A stretch of DNA of 63,620 nucleotides, filler included, from Rhabdomonas costata (GCA_019059605.1; 42 parts of 42 records of this genome joined end to end with filler, not necessarily neighbours in it), one strand, 5' to 3'; numbered from the whole stretch's first letter, positions 49,931 through 62,443 are shown. Notes: generated by a model not told the origin, from the sequence alone. Made by a program: numbers and translations.

Positions 49931-50272
49931 CTGTGAGAAGATGAGGAGGGATGAACAACACACNNNNNNNNNNNNNNNNNNNNNNNNNNNNNNNNNNNNN
50001 NNNNNNNTTAATTAATTAANNNNNNNNNNNNNNNNNNNNNNNNNNNNNNNNNNNNNNNNNNNNAGCGTTCTCAGTTGGCATGCCACGAAGCAGCACCCGC
50101 ACCACACACACATACACACGCACACAATAAGACTTAATGCACCGAGGGTGAAATTCATTTCATTGGGAGTTGTGGGAGGAGGGGGCCGGGCGGAGTTAGC
50201 CTGACGCCCGTGTAGACCCTTCTAACCCCAGGCAAGTTGCTGAGCGGAGAGAGAGGAAGTTCATCCCATCAC

Positions 50273-51042
50273 CCGAACGCGCCCGCAAATGCTCCCCAGA
50301 GAGAATTCTAACCGGGTACCAGAGAAGCTCATATTGCCCTGTGAGCAGCAAGCTTTGCGGAACCGTGCCCACGGTGAAGCCCCACACACCGAGACTCGGC
50401 TGGCGATCTCCCCAGCCACAAGGGCCTCCGCGAGGCGCTTGGCGTGCAACACACGCAAAGGGAGGAGCTGAGCCGCCACACTGGCGCGATGGAAAAGGTA
50501 GGCCCCCGTGAGGCAGGCCAGGCAGGCCCCAGCGCCAGCCCTGTGAGCGGAAGCAGAGTACGGAACGGCTTCTCTGGCGAAGGGAGGCAGCCAGTTTCCG
50601 GGTGTTCCCATGAAAGACCATTGAAAGATACAATCTCATCACTTAAAAGCTCACGTAAGAACCAAGTATGCATCCTCAACGTCACAGGAAGGCGAACAAA
50701 CCTCGATCAGAATTCAACGGGCACACTATAGATCCTTTCAAACGCAGCGCTACTAATCGAAGACACGCGTAAGAAGCAAGCTGCACGTACCTATCACTCG
50801 ATTGCTATGCGGCAGTCAATTTTAATGTGCACATAGTTCACGATGTGCAACGGAGAGAACTTTATCCTTTGGGGGAAACCCTTGTGAAAGGGACAGAAAT
50901 ATCGAGTGGATGAGCACGGGTCGGGGTGGGTAGGAGACGTACGCGGCCGGGCCAAACCCAACGCAGCCCTGGGCGGCACCCCAGAAGGCGAAACCACAGA
51001 ACAGCGCCAGCGCGGACAGCAGCAGAGCGCACAGGCCAGCCT
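50273..51042 (-). CDS. Membrane protein fragment (2 TM-like segments), unknown
   Basis: Exons 51042-50943 (GLCALLLSALALFCGFAFWG), 50540-50390 (AGAGACLACLTGAYLF...) and probably 50338-50273. GT-AG, consistent phases. Confidence 0.5.
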
Positions 51043-51580
51043 CTGGAACAACAACACAATACACAACACAACCACTCACAAATATTTGAATTGTGGTCCT
51101 GAACCTTTCCCAGCTCTGTTCATTGCGTTGTGCAATTGATTTATATTGCAAGGTAGCAATAGCACTGCATCACCACCTTGGGTCCACGGTAGAGGCAGCA
51201 CACAGAAAATCCGTTCACAGAAAAACGGCGACTCTAAGAAATTCGCTCATAAAACAAAAAGGCAGCAACACAACGAAACAAGCATATCCCATTTCAGTTC
51301 CACTTCCTTTTCACAGTTTCGACGTCTAAATTTTCCTCGTGTTCGTCCGAAAATCCGAGCAAGAGGGCAGAGCACAATGAAATGTCTGTGGCAGGGATAT
51401 AAAGAAACAGGAATGCGTGCTCATCAGACGAAACATAAATACGAAACATAAACATCAATACATCAATACGAAAACCCCAANNNNNNNNNNNNNNNNNNNN
51501 NNNNNNNNNNNNNNNNNNNNNNNNTTAATTAATTAANNNNNNNNNNNNNNNNNNNNNNNNNNNNNNNNNNNNNNNNNNNN

Positions 51581-52154
51581 GGTGGGTGGGAAACGGACAA
51601 GAGACGCAATCTTTCGAGATGAAAGTGGTTGAGTCGCGGACTTCCAGCCCCGCAATTTTGCCAACGGGGCCCCCCAGGATTGCCCTGTCTTTGAGAAATT
51701 CTTCGATGTGTGTGGCGGGAAACTTCTATCAGGCAGGTGAGTGGAGTATCATGGCAGGGATACTTTCTTTTATTATGCATTAATTGGGCAAAGTTTCCCC
51801 CCAAAAATTTCCTCTGTGTTCAAAAAAGGGTGAAACGACGTTGACAATGAAGTCGTTTCAGAGTGTTTTTCGTCCACAGAAGGTTGCACAGACATCATAC
51901 CTCAGTATCTCGAAAAAATTATTTACCAATTGCGAAGAAAACAAGAATACCCGATTCTTTTTTGTCCGAACCTTTCCCACCGTTCCAATAAGATATTCTC
52001 AGACGAGACGTGCCTGCAGCAGATATTCTTACAAGAAAGCCTTCTCACCCTCTTCCCGACGAAGTATCAAGTTCTGGGACAAGCCCTGATGGGCGCCCTT
52101 CGGTCGGGTTCCGTCGAGAACACCCACAAACCCATTCCATGCTCCCTCCAAAAG
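51581..52154 (+). CDS. Two-exon fragment, unknown protein
   Basis: An exon ending at 51736 (CAG|GTGAGT) joins in phase 1 to 52003-52154 (DETCLQQIFLQESLLTLFP...), with a possible AAG|GC donor. Confidence 0.35.
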
Positions 52155-53451
52155 GCAGGCGCAGAGGGGATGGGCTTGCACAATGAATAGAAGGCATGAA
52201 AAGAAGTCCTCCCTCTGCAGTACGATGGGGTCACGGGAAGAACGTACACACCCACATGCATCTGTCCCCCTTCTCTCCGTCCAAAATGGAGGGAGACAGT
52301 CCCCCCCTGTCCCTGTCTCAAAACGTAAAGCCTGTCTCAAAACGAAAAGAAACATCAGCGACGAGCCCACTGTGCAGGACGAACCCCCACAAAGAGGCAT
52401 TCCCTCAAAAGTATAAATGGGGAAGAGGTGAAGGCCATAAACAGAAGATGGCCACTCACCACTCACTACTCACCTCACACTACGTCGTTTCGATGGGTTA
52501 TCCTTCCCCGCCCACTCCTCCACTCCTTCCCACTTCTTTCACAGGTCGCATGAAAGTGCAACAGAAATCGAGGGCACCCTTAGGGGACGTTTCGAAAGTT
52601 TGCCCCTTTACAGTGTCCCTCATTGTTTCATTTTTGCATCGCACAAACCTTTTCCAAACCTTGTCCACAAATCATCCACCCCGCACCCGCGACGCAGCCA
52701 AATTAGGAAAACAGAGAGGTCAACACTCACATTCACAAACTGGCCGGACCTCACCGGACCCCTGTGGGAACTCCCACAGTCCATAACGAAATAACGAAGA
52801 GAAGTTTCCCCCACTATCCTACCCGGAAAGTCTCCGCCCAAAACGAGCACACGTCTTCTCCTTTCTCCCATCTTGCCCACCCTCACTGGAAACAAAAAAG
52901 GCAACAGGAGCGAAATCCTCCACTCGTCGAGGATCCTTCTCCATCTCACTCGCTCATTCAATGCCATCATCAGATGGACGGAATCCACCCCAACCCCNNN
53001 NNNNNNNNNNNNNNNNNNNNNNNNNNNNNNNNNNNNNNNNNTTAATTAATTAANNNNNNNNNNNNNNNNNNNNNNNNNNNNNNNNNNNNNNNNNNNNGTG
53101 GTGGGTGTGTTTGGGTGGGGTGGGCTTCGGACCCGTCGTCCTTCTGCTCTTTTGCTGGGCTTCTTCTTCTTCTTCTTCTTTTTCTGATTCAGATCGGGCG
53201 TGCTGAGGCGGTAAGGTCTTGCAAAACTGAAGCAAAAGGAGACGGTCACCCCCACATGTACACATGTACGATTTCTTGCTGCTCAGGACAGTTCCTTTTT
53301 TTTGTCAGTGTGCCGAAATTAATGGTGCTCTCTGGAGGCCGGAGGCCGTCCAGTTGTATTCTTAACGTGAAGTGATGTAGTGTTTCATTTGCTGCGGAGC
53401 GTTCGCCCCAACCAAGCTCGATGCTTGGGAGAGAGGGCCTGCTCAACTTAC

Positions 53452-53643
53452 GAGTGGTTGGCTCTGTCCAAGTACACACAGGCATGCTTGGATTTAGCTC
53501 CTTCCCCCCTAGGCAGCTTATATACTGGCTTTTCAGTTGTATCTCGGGGCTGTTGTGCTTGTAATCCCCCCAAAGACAGTCCTTCCTCCCCGCCCTCCTT
53601 TCGTGGCTTTTTCGGCTCATCATCATCATCATCATCATCATCC
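53452..53643 (-). CDS. Acidic/basic low-complexity exon (poly-Asp), unknown protein
   Basis: ACAG acceptor, DDDDDDDDEPKKPRKEGG...ANH, then a GTAAGT donor. Confidence 0.35.
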
Positions 53644-54670
53644 CTGTTTTGTTCTCTTTTAGGTGTGCGTGCTGTTTGCACTTCTGATTACTTTCTTTTT
53701 TGTAACCTAAGCGTGTCTGTCCTCTCTATCATTAAAGTGCAGTGCTTTTCAGTGGGCGCGTTGCACATCATGGTGATGACTTTCAATGTTAGTCTACCTG
53801 TATGCACTCTGCATTTGCTTGGGGCATTTTTACTTCTTCAGCTCCGTTTGCCCGCTCTCTTGTTACGCTCCCTAATCGTGATAGGCTGTGAGGGCAAAGG
53901 CGCGAAGCTCCCGCGTGAGGTTCTTTCACCAGCAGCATCTTACCACCCCCGTGGTGGGCCAAGTCACAGGCACAGACACATTTTTGTTCCCTTGTGGATG
54001 TGCTGTTTTTGTTCCCTGTGCGTAAGGATGATGTCCTTTTGGTCGACCCCCACCCCGTTTTCTTTTTCTCTCCCAAGAAATTTTGCGCGATGGTTTCGCG
54101 ATGGTTTTCCGCACAGTTCCCGGTTCCCAGACGCTTGTGCCTGGAGTACCCCCTTTGGTGTGCTTCTTTTTCGAACTCTTGGCGGAGCGGAGAAATTTAC
54201 ACTTTTCGGTGGTACCCAGACGCAATGTTATCTAAAAGCAGCAAATACTTGACGAGCAACCCCAACCCCAGAGCTGCGAGACTCCACCTCCACACCTCAT
54301 CTCCAAGACACCCAAGAAAAAGGCGTCGCTGCGTGTGGGAGGCGAGTACGTGCTGTATTTGATGCTTTTATAATTGGAGGGAACAGCTTTCCCACGGAGG
54401 GCAACTCAGTTTTAAGATGGTCCAGCGGCCTTGGAGTCAATGTTTTTTGAAGGGGCCCTCTGCCAGTCACTTGTTATATCATTCTTTTTGCTCGGCATGG
54501 CCAAACCCCCCACANNNNNNNNNNNNNNNNNNNNNNNNNNNNNNNNNNNNNNNNNNNNTTAATTAATTAANNNNNNNNNNNNNNNNNNNNNNNNNNNNNN
54601 NNNNNNNNNNNNNNGAGACTGGTGTCTGGAGAGTCACACACACACACAAACAAACACTGCGGACTTGTAG

Positions 54671-56005
54671 AAACGACCAAGGTGCGCTCGATGGCGCTGT
54701 CGGCGCAGGAGGAGTACCTCTGCCTCAGCACCTCGAACAACCAGGTGTACGTCCTGAACCTCTCCAACGCAGACTTCTCGAAGGTACCTGCAACCCTTTC
54801 CCATACATCTCAAGCCGCACTCTGGGCTGACACCGATAGGCTTATTAACATGTAAGGAGCGGGTTGTGTTTCTCTCCGGGCGTGCCTCCTCCCATATCCG
54901 ATATGGTTGTTCACAAGGTTTAATGTCTCCGTGGCGGACAGCCACAGAAATTCTTTAAAGATCCCGTTTTTGTGCCGCCGAGGGCCCTTCCGGGGAAAAC
55001 GTCCACCAGTTCCGGTGCCGGTGCCGGGAGTGAATCTCAGTTGTCGATCGAATACTTGTGCTGCTCGCTGGCGTCATCCTTTCCCAGTACCTCACCATTC
55101 TTGAGCGTCACAGCCCAAAGCTGTGCTCCGTTTTTATCTGCTCTGGGTGCCCCCGCTTATTCAATTATAGTCTCGCCCCTTTCATTACTTTTGGGCTTTG
55201 GGTCGCACCGAAATTATGCGGGCCTGGGCTTGAGACCATCGTTATCATTCATTCATTTTTTTGTGAACAGGCGGACGACGTCGTGTTTGAGCCCCTCTCG
55301 CAGCCCTTCCACATGGCCGCAATCACCGGCCTGGCGACTTGTGTGCGGAAACCCTTAGTGGCGACGTGCAGCAAGGATAAATCGGTGTCCATGCCCCTTC
55401 CCCCCCTACCTCTCTAGTGAGCGCGTGTCTGACCTGTGGGTGTGCTTCGGCTCTGGCTGTTTCTTACGGAGTTGGGTTGCAGTAATAAAAGGTTTCTCTC
55501 TTTTTTTTTTACGTTCATAGGAAAGCCATGGAATGACGTAATAAGCTTGTTTGCCGGAAATCACCAAAAACTAAACGCGTATGCGCCAGAAGGATGGTGT
55601 AACAAGAATCAACCTTTGTCTCCGGTGACGTGGGTGACGGTCAGGAATTTTTCGGGCTTCCCCCGCTCGCCAAGATGTGGTTACGGACGCACAATGGGAG
55701 CATTTCTAAGTTTGTTATCCGAAGGGAAGGCAGGAAGCAGTTCGCAACTCACTGAAAGATGACGCTCCTGCGCTTCAGTTCAGATGACAAGCGTGCGTGG
55801 CTGTGGGCTTCAGATCCGGATCTGGAACTACGTGGACAACAGCGTGGAGATCATCAAGGCCTTTCCCACGGAGGCCAGTGCCATCGCGATGCACCCCTCA
55901 GGGCTGCACGTGCTGGTCGGGTTCAGCGACAAGCTGCGGTTCATGAACCTCTACGGCGATGACATCCGGGAGTACAAGAACTTTCCCATCAGAGCTTGCC
56001 AGGAG
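54671..56005 (+). CDS. CFAP57: Cilia- and flagella-associated WD40 protein 57 (WDR65), three exons
   Basis: Exons 54671-54783, 55271-55384 ([26 protein letters not shown]) and 55814-56005 (IRIWNY...[26 protein letters not shown]) match recalled CFAP57 motifs. Phase-0 joins. Confidence 0.9.
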
Positions 56006-56130
56006 GCACCGTGCCACCCCCACCTGCCGTNNNNNNNNNNNNNNNNNNNNNNNNNNNNNNNNNNNNNNNNNNNNTTAATTAATTAANNNNNNNNNNNNNN
56101 NNNNNNNNNNNNNNNNNNNNNNNNNNNNNN

Positions 56131-56870
56131 CCCTGGAGGGAGCGGGCAAGCCGCAGGGAGGAGCCGGGATCGAAAAGCGGACGTGCTTCGTCGCAGTGGC
56201 ACGTGGTGAAAGAGGCCCAGGGGCGCAAGCAGGCAGGTAGTTGTCGCCAAACTTGTTGCGTCTGACTTTTGGCAGGCTTAATTCGGAGATGGGTGAGGGA
56301 GAGGTCAGTTGGAATGAGACTGCGGAGCTCGGAGATTCGGAGGAGGAACGTGAAAGAGAGAATGCAGGCGAGGTAGTCGAGGGCGGTGTCTGCGGTCGGT
56401 CTGGGAAAGTGGTGGAGCCAGAGGGGGTCGAACCACAGGCGAGTGCGAGGTGGGACGGCGGGAGGCAGGTGGCCAAGGCCGGCAAGGGCGGACCAGTGGG
56501 AGCGCTGGGGCGAAACGGGTAGCACACCTGCAAGGGAAAGGTGGGCCCATGACGAGAGAAAAAGGCGGGCGGTGCTGGGTCGAGGGGGGTCAGCCAGGGT
56601 GAGGAAGTACTGCTCCAGGCAGAACGAGATGTCGATCGGGGAGAAAGAGAGCTGGGAGAGGGTGGGATGCGCCCCAGCCCACCGGGCAAAGGTGGCCATT
56701 TGCCGAAAGTATTGGGTGCGCGTGGAGACGGCGACCGACCAGTGAACGAGACTCTGAAGGGTGTGAAGCAGATCTTCTCCAGGACAACGGCGCACCCACA
56801 CAAAAGCCACCCACCATGTTCCGCAGATGGTCAGCGGAGCTCTGCCTAAGGCTGGCCATCGCCGTGGCAT
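56131..56870 (-). mobile_element. Tyrosine recombinase ORF of a YR retroelement (DIRS/Ngaro/TATE-like), truncated by contig end
   Basis: Intronless frame of ~246 codons. It has a SAM-like N-domain (SVAVSTRTQY...PSTARLFLSS), a catalytic Arg box (ILSFTFLLRISELRSL) and Lys (IKPAKS). HxxR and Tyr lie beyond the contig. Confidence 0.8.
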
Positions 56871-57652
56871 CCTTCAGCGGCAGCGGGGGCTTGAACCCTG
56901 GCCCAGACGGGCCTGCGCACACACACATTTCGCAATAGTCTCTAGGTAGAACCAAACAGACCGACATCATCCCACCAACCCTACCAGTCCTACCATCCCC
57001 CCAGATCAGCGCAGATCTGAAGCTTCCAGAATCGTAAGAAACGAGGTGCAAGGCGGGAAAGAGGTGTTTGGGTGTTCCCCATTTTCAATGTCACCCATAT
57101 CCGATATCCCATATCCGATATATCAGATCTGACCTCATCCATCGCGACAACATACACTTGCCGAGACACAGGAGTAAGAGAAGGGGTTGCAGTGTGCTCG
57201 CGGATGCCGCAGTGGATGTGGGAACGAGTGACGGGTCACATGTGTCGAAAAGGTCTTACTGTACCAGTCACGTGAACTCCAGGTCAAGCTCTAGAAGCCC
57301 ATGTTTGCGTTTGCAGAATACTGCTCGCGGAATCTTGAACGTTGCATCTATCTCGCTCCAGTGTACTCACGATTACTCCCACATACGGGTCGACGACGGG
57401 GTTCCCGGGGTGAAGTCCAGTTCGCGGGCGGCCCCACCAGCACGGGCGCCAGCCCCTCGAGGTCCCAAAGAATCTTCCGCTACGGGAAGAGCAACCAGAA
57501 GTGAACACTCCCCCTCAATGCCTCATGCCTCATCATCAGCCAAAAACNNNNNNNNNNNNNNNNNNNNNNNNNNNNNNNNNNNNNNNNNNNNTTAATTAAT
57601 TAANNNNNNNNNNNNNNNNNNNNNNNNNNNNNNNNNNNNNNNNNNNNGGGGG

Positions 57653-57875
57653 TTGTTTTAAAATTTGCAACCGCAATAGACCAAAACTAAGGGAATCTAA
57701 TTGGAACCCCCATTTTGCTAGATCAAACTCCTATCCCCACAAAACCACCGGATTGGACTAAGTTTTTGGGTCAAATCCGGTGGTTTTGTGGGGATAGGAG
57801 TTTGATCTAGCAAAATGGGGGTTCCAATTAGATTCCTTAAGTTTTGGTCTATTGCGGTAGCAAATTTTAAAACAA
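57653..57875. repeat. Terminal fold-back palindrome (~100-bp arms, few mismatches)
   Basis: TTGTTTTAAAATTTGC...CCGGATT pairs with AATCCGG...GCAAATTTTAAAACAA at the contig start. Confidence 0.9.
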
Positions 57876-57899
57876 GCCGGTAGTGTCAAGTTACCAAAG

Positions 57900-58420
57900 G
57901 TCCGCGGGGGAAAAGCGGTACCCGAGGAAACCAAAGCACAAAAAAGACAACGGGTGTTGTGCATGTAAATAAAGGAGCAATGGTCAAGGGGAATGGCCGG
58001 AAAGTTCATTTGGCCAGAAGGGACTATCGATAGGAGGCAAATGTGGGTGAAGGCACGTGTTGTGGGAGTATGTGTTTCCGGGAAAGGAGTGATCCATGGC
58101 CGGGGGAAGAAGAATCGGTTTCTGACATTAGAAGGACCTGACAACCACCCCCAGGAAAAAGGTAAGGGGCGATGAATGTCAGAAACTGGGTGTGTTAGGT
58201 ATGACCAAAGAATCCGTTAGTCGGGGAAAGGGTGCGAAGGGCACAACAAGCGCAGCAAAAGTAGAACAGTGGTCAAGTGCAGCGTATGTTTGTGTGCATG
58301 TGTGTGTTCTGGTCTTCTTGAGCATCAGGTGGGCTGTCCCGGCGCCCTGGGCTGAATGGCGGGCGGGGGTACTTGGCTGTTACTTGCGGCAGGCTGGCGG
58401 CAGGTTGGCGGAGGTTGGCC
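57900..58420 (-). pseudogene. Decayed paralog of the YR at 56131-56870
   Basis: VRNRFFFPRPWITPFPETHTPTTRAFTHICLLS aligns by eye with PRTRLWFDPLWLHHFPRPTADTALDYLACILS. A frameshifted WPNELSG sits at the RISELRS position. Confidence 0.45.
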
Positions 58421-60698
58421 GCAATCCGGCTGGTACAAAAGCAAAGAGGAGACCAGAAAGACAAGCAAAGAAACACATACGCGCTGAAGTGCAGCAGTGG
58501 AGTGGAGTGCCTGAAAAACACAAATGGGCATGAACAGGGTAGCACAAAGAAGAGCACATGGCAAAACACGGTCGGCACGGTGGGTGTGGTGTCGCTGAAC
58601 GGGTTACCATATTCCGAGGTAAAACATTACACTACCCTTCTACTCGTTACTGGTTCACATCCACCAGTGCCGGTACTGGCTGGTCCCGTTACCCGGGGTG
58701 GCAGCTTTCTTCCGTGGCAGCCATCAAAAGGGGACTTCACTAGCTTCCACTAGACGGGGAATACAAAATTTTACCACGGGTAGGAGGACTAGCCTCTGGG
58801 TTTATCCGTTCATGAACTTCACCACTTGGTCGGCTGGTGGGGAATGTGGTGCGTCTGAGGTGCCCGAAGCACGACAGGTGGTAATACGAGAGGCAAAGAA
58901 TGGCAGAGAAGCTGCTTGAGAGCAAGTAGAAAAGAGTGAACAGTGACACGCTCAGTTGGTGTGTATATTGGCAAAGTGCGATGCTGGCATTGTGTGAAAG
59001 GGGGTGATGAAAGTGACTTGTGGGGGGGTAAATGGAGAACAATTTGGAGTTTCCTAAACCAAAANNNNNNNNNNNNNNNNNNNNNNNNNNNNNNNNNNNN
59101 NNNNNNNNTTAATTAATTAANNNNNNNNNNNNNNNNNNNNNNNNNNNNNNNNNNNNNNNNNNNNTGGGCGATTTGACAAATAGATTAGCTTGGGTGTTCA
59201 CCAATGAAAAAGAAGAACACTTACGACGACATGGAAGTAGTATTTTCTGGTTTCGACCATTTTATAATAGTATTGTTCATTTTAAGCCCATTTTTATTTC
59301 GAGTTTTGTCGCATATTAAATGTTTGAGTATTCTTTCGGTCATCATATCCACAAAATATTCTAATGCGGTTTTTAGTTCACCCTCAGATGTCCACACTTG
59401 TCGAAGTACACGATGGTTTTATATAGTATTATATTATCTTCGTTAGATCTTGCGCTATATGCCGCTAAAAATACACAGGCAACATGCGCGCTAAGCTTTT
59501 ATTAATTTCATAGTGCGATTTTAGCACGCGGGTACTGATAAACATTGGAAGCTTATTAATCTATAGTTGCAAGCTGTATGAATCTGCAGTCTGCAATCTG
59601 CAATCTGTACTCCAGACAACATCCTTCAACCGCACAGCATCTTTACCGCAATTGCCTCTTTCCTTTCACAGCACTCAACTTGATTTCCAACTATATTGCA
59701 GCACAACCACTGTTTTCTTAGAACTTATCACCTCGTTTTCTGTGCCGTCCATTTGTTTCTTTGAAATCTGTCTTTCCAAAGCACCATCGATGCAATAATT
59801 CCAGTTCTAATTTTGCGGTGTTTTTTCACTTATACCCAGGCTTATCTGGTCATCTTTAAAAATCTTAAAATATCTTACAATATCTACAGAAGGTTATAAT
59901 GTTGGTTGTTTTGCATTCATTTTAAATCATGCCAAATTCAGCTACATTCGGTGTAGATCTCAAAAATACATGGTGAATTCAGTGTGCATTCAGGACAAGT
60001 GAAAGTAGAATTTTGGGTGCAAATTTCACCTGTTGTAACACCCAAAATTTTACGTGACGACGAGGAAGTCCTTCACAGAATGCCGTGCATCGTACGTTTT
60101 GACTTAGGCGTTCCAAAGATGTGGAAACTGCCCTTGGTGCCCATAAAAATGCGTTTGGCAGAGCACAATTTGGTGTCTAGGTGTCGTTGTCATCCCCAAA
60201 GGCAGAGCCTAGAAGATGAGCTGTGTAGCAGCCGTCCATGCATCTCCCAGGTCAATTAAAGGGACAAAGAGGGGCTTTTTCATGGCCCCTGTGCCATACG
60301 GGCCATTCAGGGCGAAACCGACATTTTTCAGGACCATCCATGTTACAAAGCAGAGCAAACGAAAGTTTTACTGTGAATAACGCATATCCGCAGACTAGGC
60401 ATTAGCTTAAAATATTCAAATGACTTTCGCAATGCACACAATTCCAAAACTTACATTAGAAGTGCACATGCCTGAGAAAAATCCATCGATGTTTTTGCCC
60501 ATTTAATATGACAATGATTGATTTGAAATTGCACTTTTTCGGACAAAAATTCACCAGCTGGAGCCCCAACACACACACCCNNNNNNNNNNNNNNNNNNNN
60601 NNNNNNNNNNNNNNNNNNNNNNNNTTAATTAATTAANNNNNNNNNNNNNNNNNNNNNNNNNNNNNNNNNNNNNNNNNNNNGTTGTGGTGGTAGCTCAC

Positions 60699-61854
60699 CG
60701 TGCTCCCGCAACCCTCGAGAGGTTCCCTGCCTGCGGTACACCAGAACCAGTGGGCCCCCGGGCTGGCGGGTCTGCGGGAAGGGCCCCTGGAACAGCGCCG
60801 GGTACACCGCCTGCCGGTAGTGCCGGCTGAGCACCATGGCCTCCCTTCCGGCCGCCCCGCAGTGCTCGAAGAAGGGCACGTAGAGCTCCCGCACGAAGGC
60901 CAGGGTGGCCTTGGGCAGGCCCACCACGTGGCGCACGGGGAAGCCTGGGAGCAGGAGCTGCACCCAGTGAGTGGGGATCTTTGTGCTGGTAAGCAGGCGA
61001 AGACTGCCGTACCACGGCGTGAGCTGCGAGCGGTTTTGCTCGGGCTCTGGCACGGGGGACACAGCAGCAGTGACGGCGCAGAGCGAGCCTCTCCTCAAAG
61101 AGGCCCCAGGGCAAGGAGAAAGACAGGCTGTTCCAGACTAGAAAATGCTTTAATGTCATTGGAAGGTAGGTTTCTGGGGATGTCTGAATTTCATGGCAAG
61201 ACGGGTTACCCCAACAACCTAAGGACACAGGTTATCTAACCTACGGCACCTAATCCCGGTTTATGGCCCCTACGGCTTAATCGTCCTTGAGTGGTCCTGC
61301 TTCTCTTATTGCAAAGGAAAGAGCACCATGCTGGGACTTCGGCCTGCGCGACTCCCCCACTCCCACCCCCCACCGCTCTTTGCCTGATGAGGCGGAAGAA
61401 ACAAAAGCCAAACCTATATATGTTGTGCATGATGGGGTTTCACTTAACACTCGGTGTGGGCTGTCTCAGAGCCACTACAAGAAATCAGGTTTCTTGAGAG
61501 GAGGATCATTCGGCGACGGTAGAGGGAAGTAGGGGCAGGAGAGGGCCCACGCCCAGTGAGGTTGGTGACAGAGGACCCACGCCCAGTGAGGTTGGCGAGA
61601 GAGGGCAGTAGCATTTCCAGCACGGGCAGCACCCTGGGAAACACCTCTGCGAGGAAGTGGTAGGTGTTCCACCCGAAGATGTGCGTCCCGCTGACGGCCT
61701 GGTTGACGCAGGTCACGGCCCGGACTTGGGTGTGGGGGCCCTTCAGCCGCTTGATGGCGTTCCAGCAGCCCCGGTCTAAAAGAGCCCCGCCGGGGCCCGA
61801 GTGGGGCAAAGACCAGCTCTCGATGCCGTGGAAAACATTGCGCAGGCGGTATAC
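60699..61854 (-). CDS. Glycosyltransferase family 61 / DUF563-like protein, 2 exons
   Basis: The exon from 61854 has WNTYHFLAEVFPRVL (NYYHWxxExLPRL motif). Exon 61046-60699 has FVRELYVP...C and LVYRRQGTSRGL. The first donor is uncertain. Confidence 0.7.
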
Positions 61855-61886
61855 CTGAACGGCACATAGCAAGAGGGAGGAAATGG

Positions 61887-62096
61887 GGTTTTATGCACTT
61901 TTCGAGCGGTTTTCATGAAGTTGGGTGACGGCGGGCCGATGGAAGAGCGACAAACTTACACCCTTTTGCGATCAAAGGAGTGCTCTTCCCTACCGCTGCA
62001 CCGCTCCCGATGACACTTAACTCATTAGTCGGGGGGCTTGTTTCGCAAGAAACTCAAACTTCAACCTAAAAAACGGCTGGAAAAGTGCATAAAACC
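61887..62096. repeat. Imperfect inverted repeat, 27-bp arms (25/27) around ~155 bp; MITE-like or fold-back
   Basis: GGTTTTATGCACTTTTCGAGCGGTTTT versus the reverse complement GGTTTTATGCACTTTTCCAGCCGTTTT, plus an inner TGAAGTT match. Confidence 0.7.
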
Positions 62097-62206
62097 NNNN
62101 NNNNNNNNNNNNNNNNNNNNNNNNNNNNNNNNNNNNNNNNTTAATTAATTAANNNNNNNNNNNNNNNNNNNNNNNNNNNNNNNNNNNNNNNNNNNNGTGG
62201 GTTGTG

Positions 62207-62243
<37 letters not shown>

Positions 62244-62443
62244 TTGTGCTCCTCTTTGGATCCTCTTTCGAACCCAAGCCAGAAACGAACACAAAGACGT
62301 TTTTCGGAGGGGGTTTTGCGACAAAAATGTGTGGAAAAGGATATCTGGGTGAAGGCATAGTACAACCGTTGCGTGCGAGTTACTCCTTTAATGAGGTTCT
62401 GTGTCCGTTTGTGTGTGTGTGCATGTGCGTGATGGGGCTGCAG

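Noticed and set aside
53380..54252. 290-aa plus-strand ORF
   Set aside because: It has Phe/Leu/Ser/Cys-rich, intron-like composition with no motif. The minus-strand acidic exon is more plausible.
60040..60345. Protein-like minus-strand stretch (NGPYGTGAMKKPLFVPLIDLG...) in an AT-rich contig
   Set aside because: It has several stops and no family I can recognise, so I cannot support a call.
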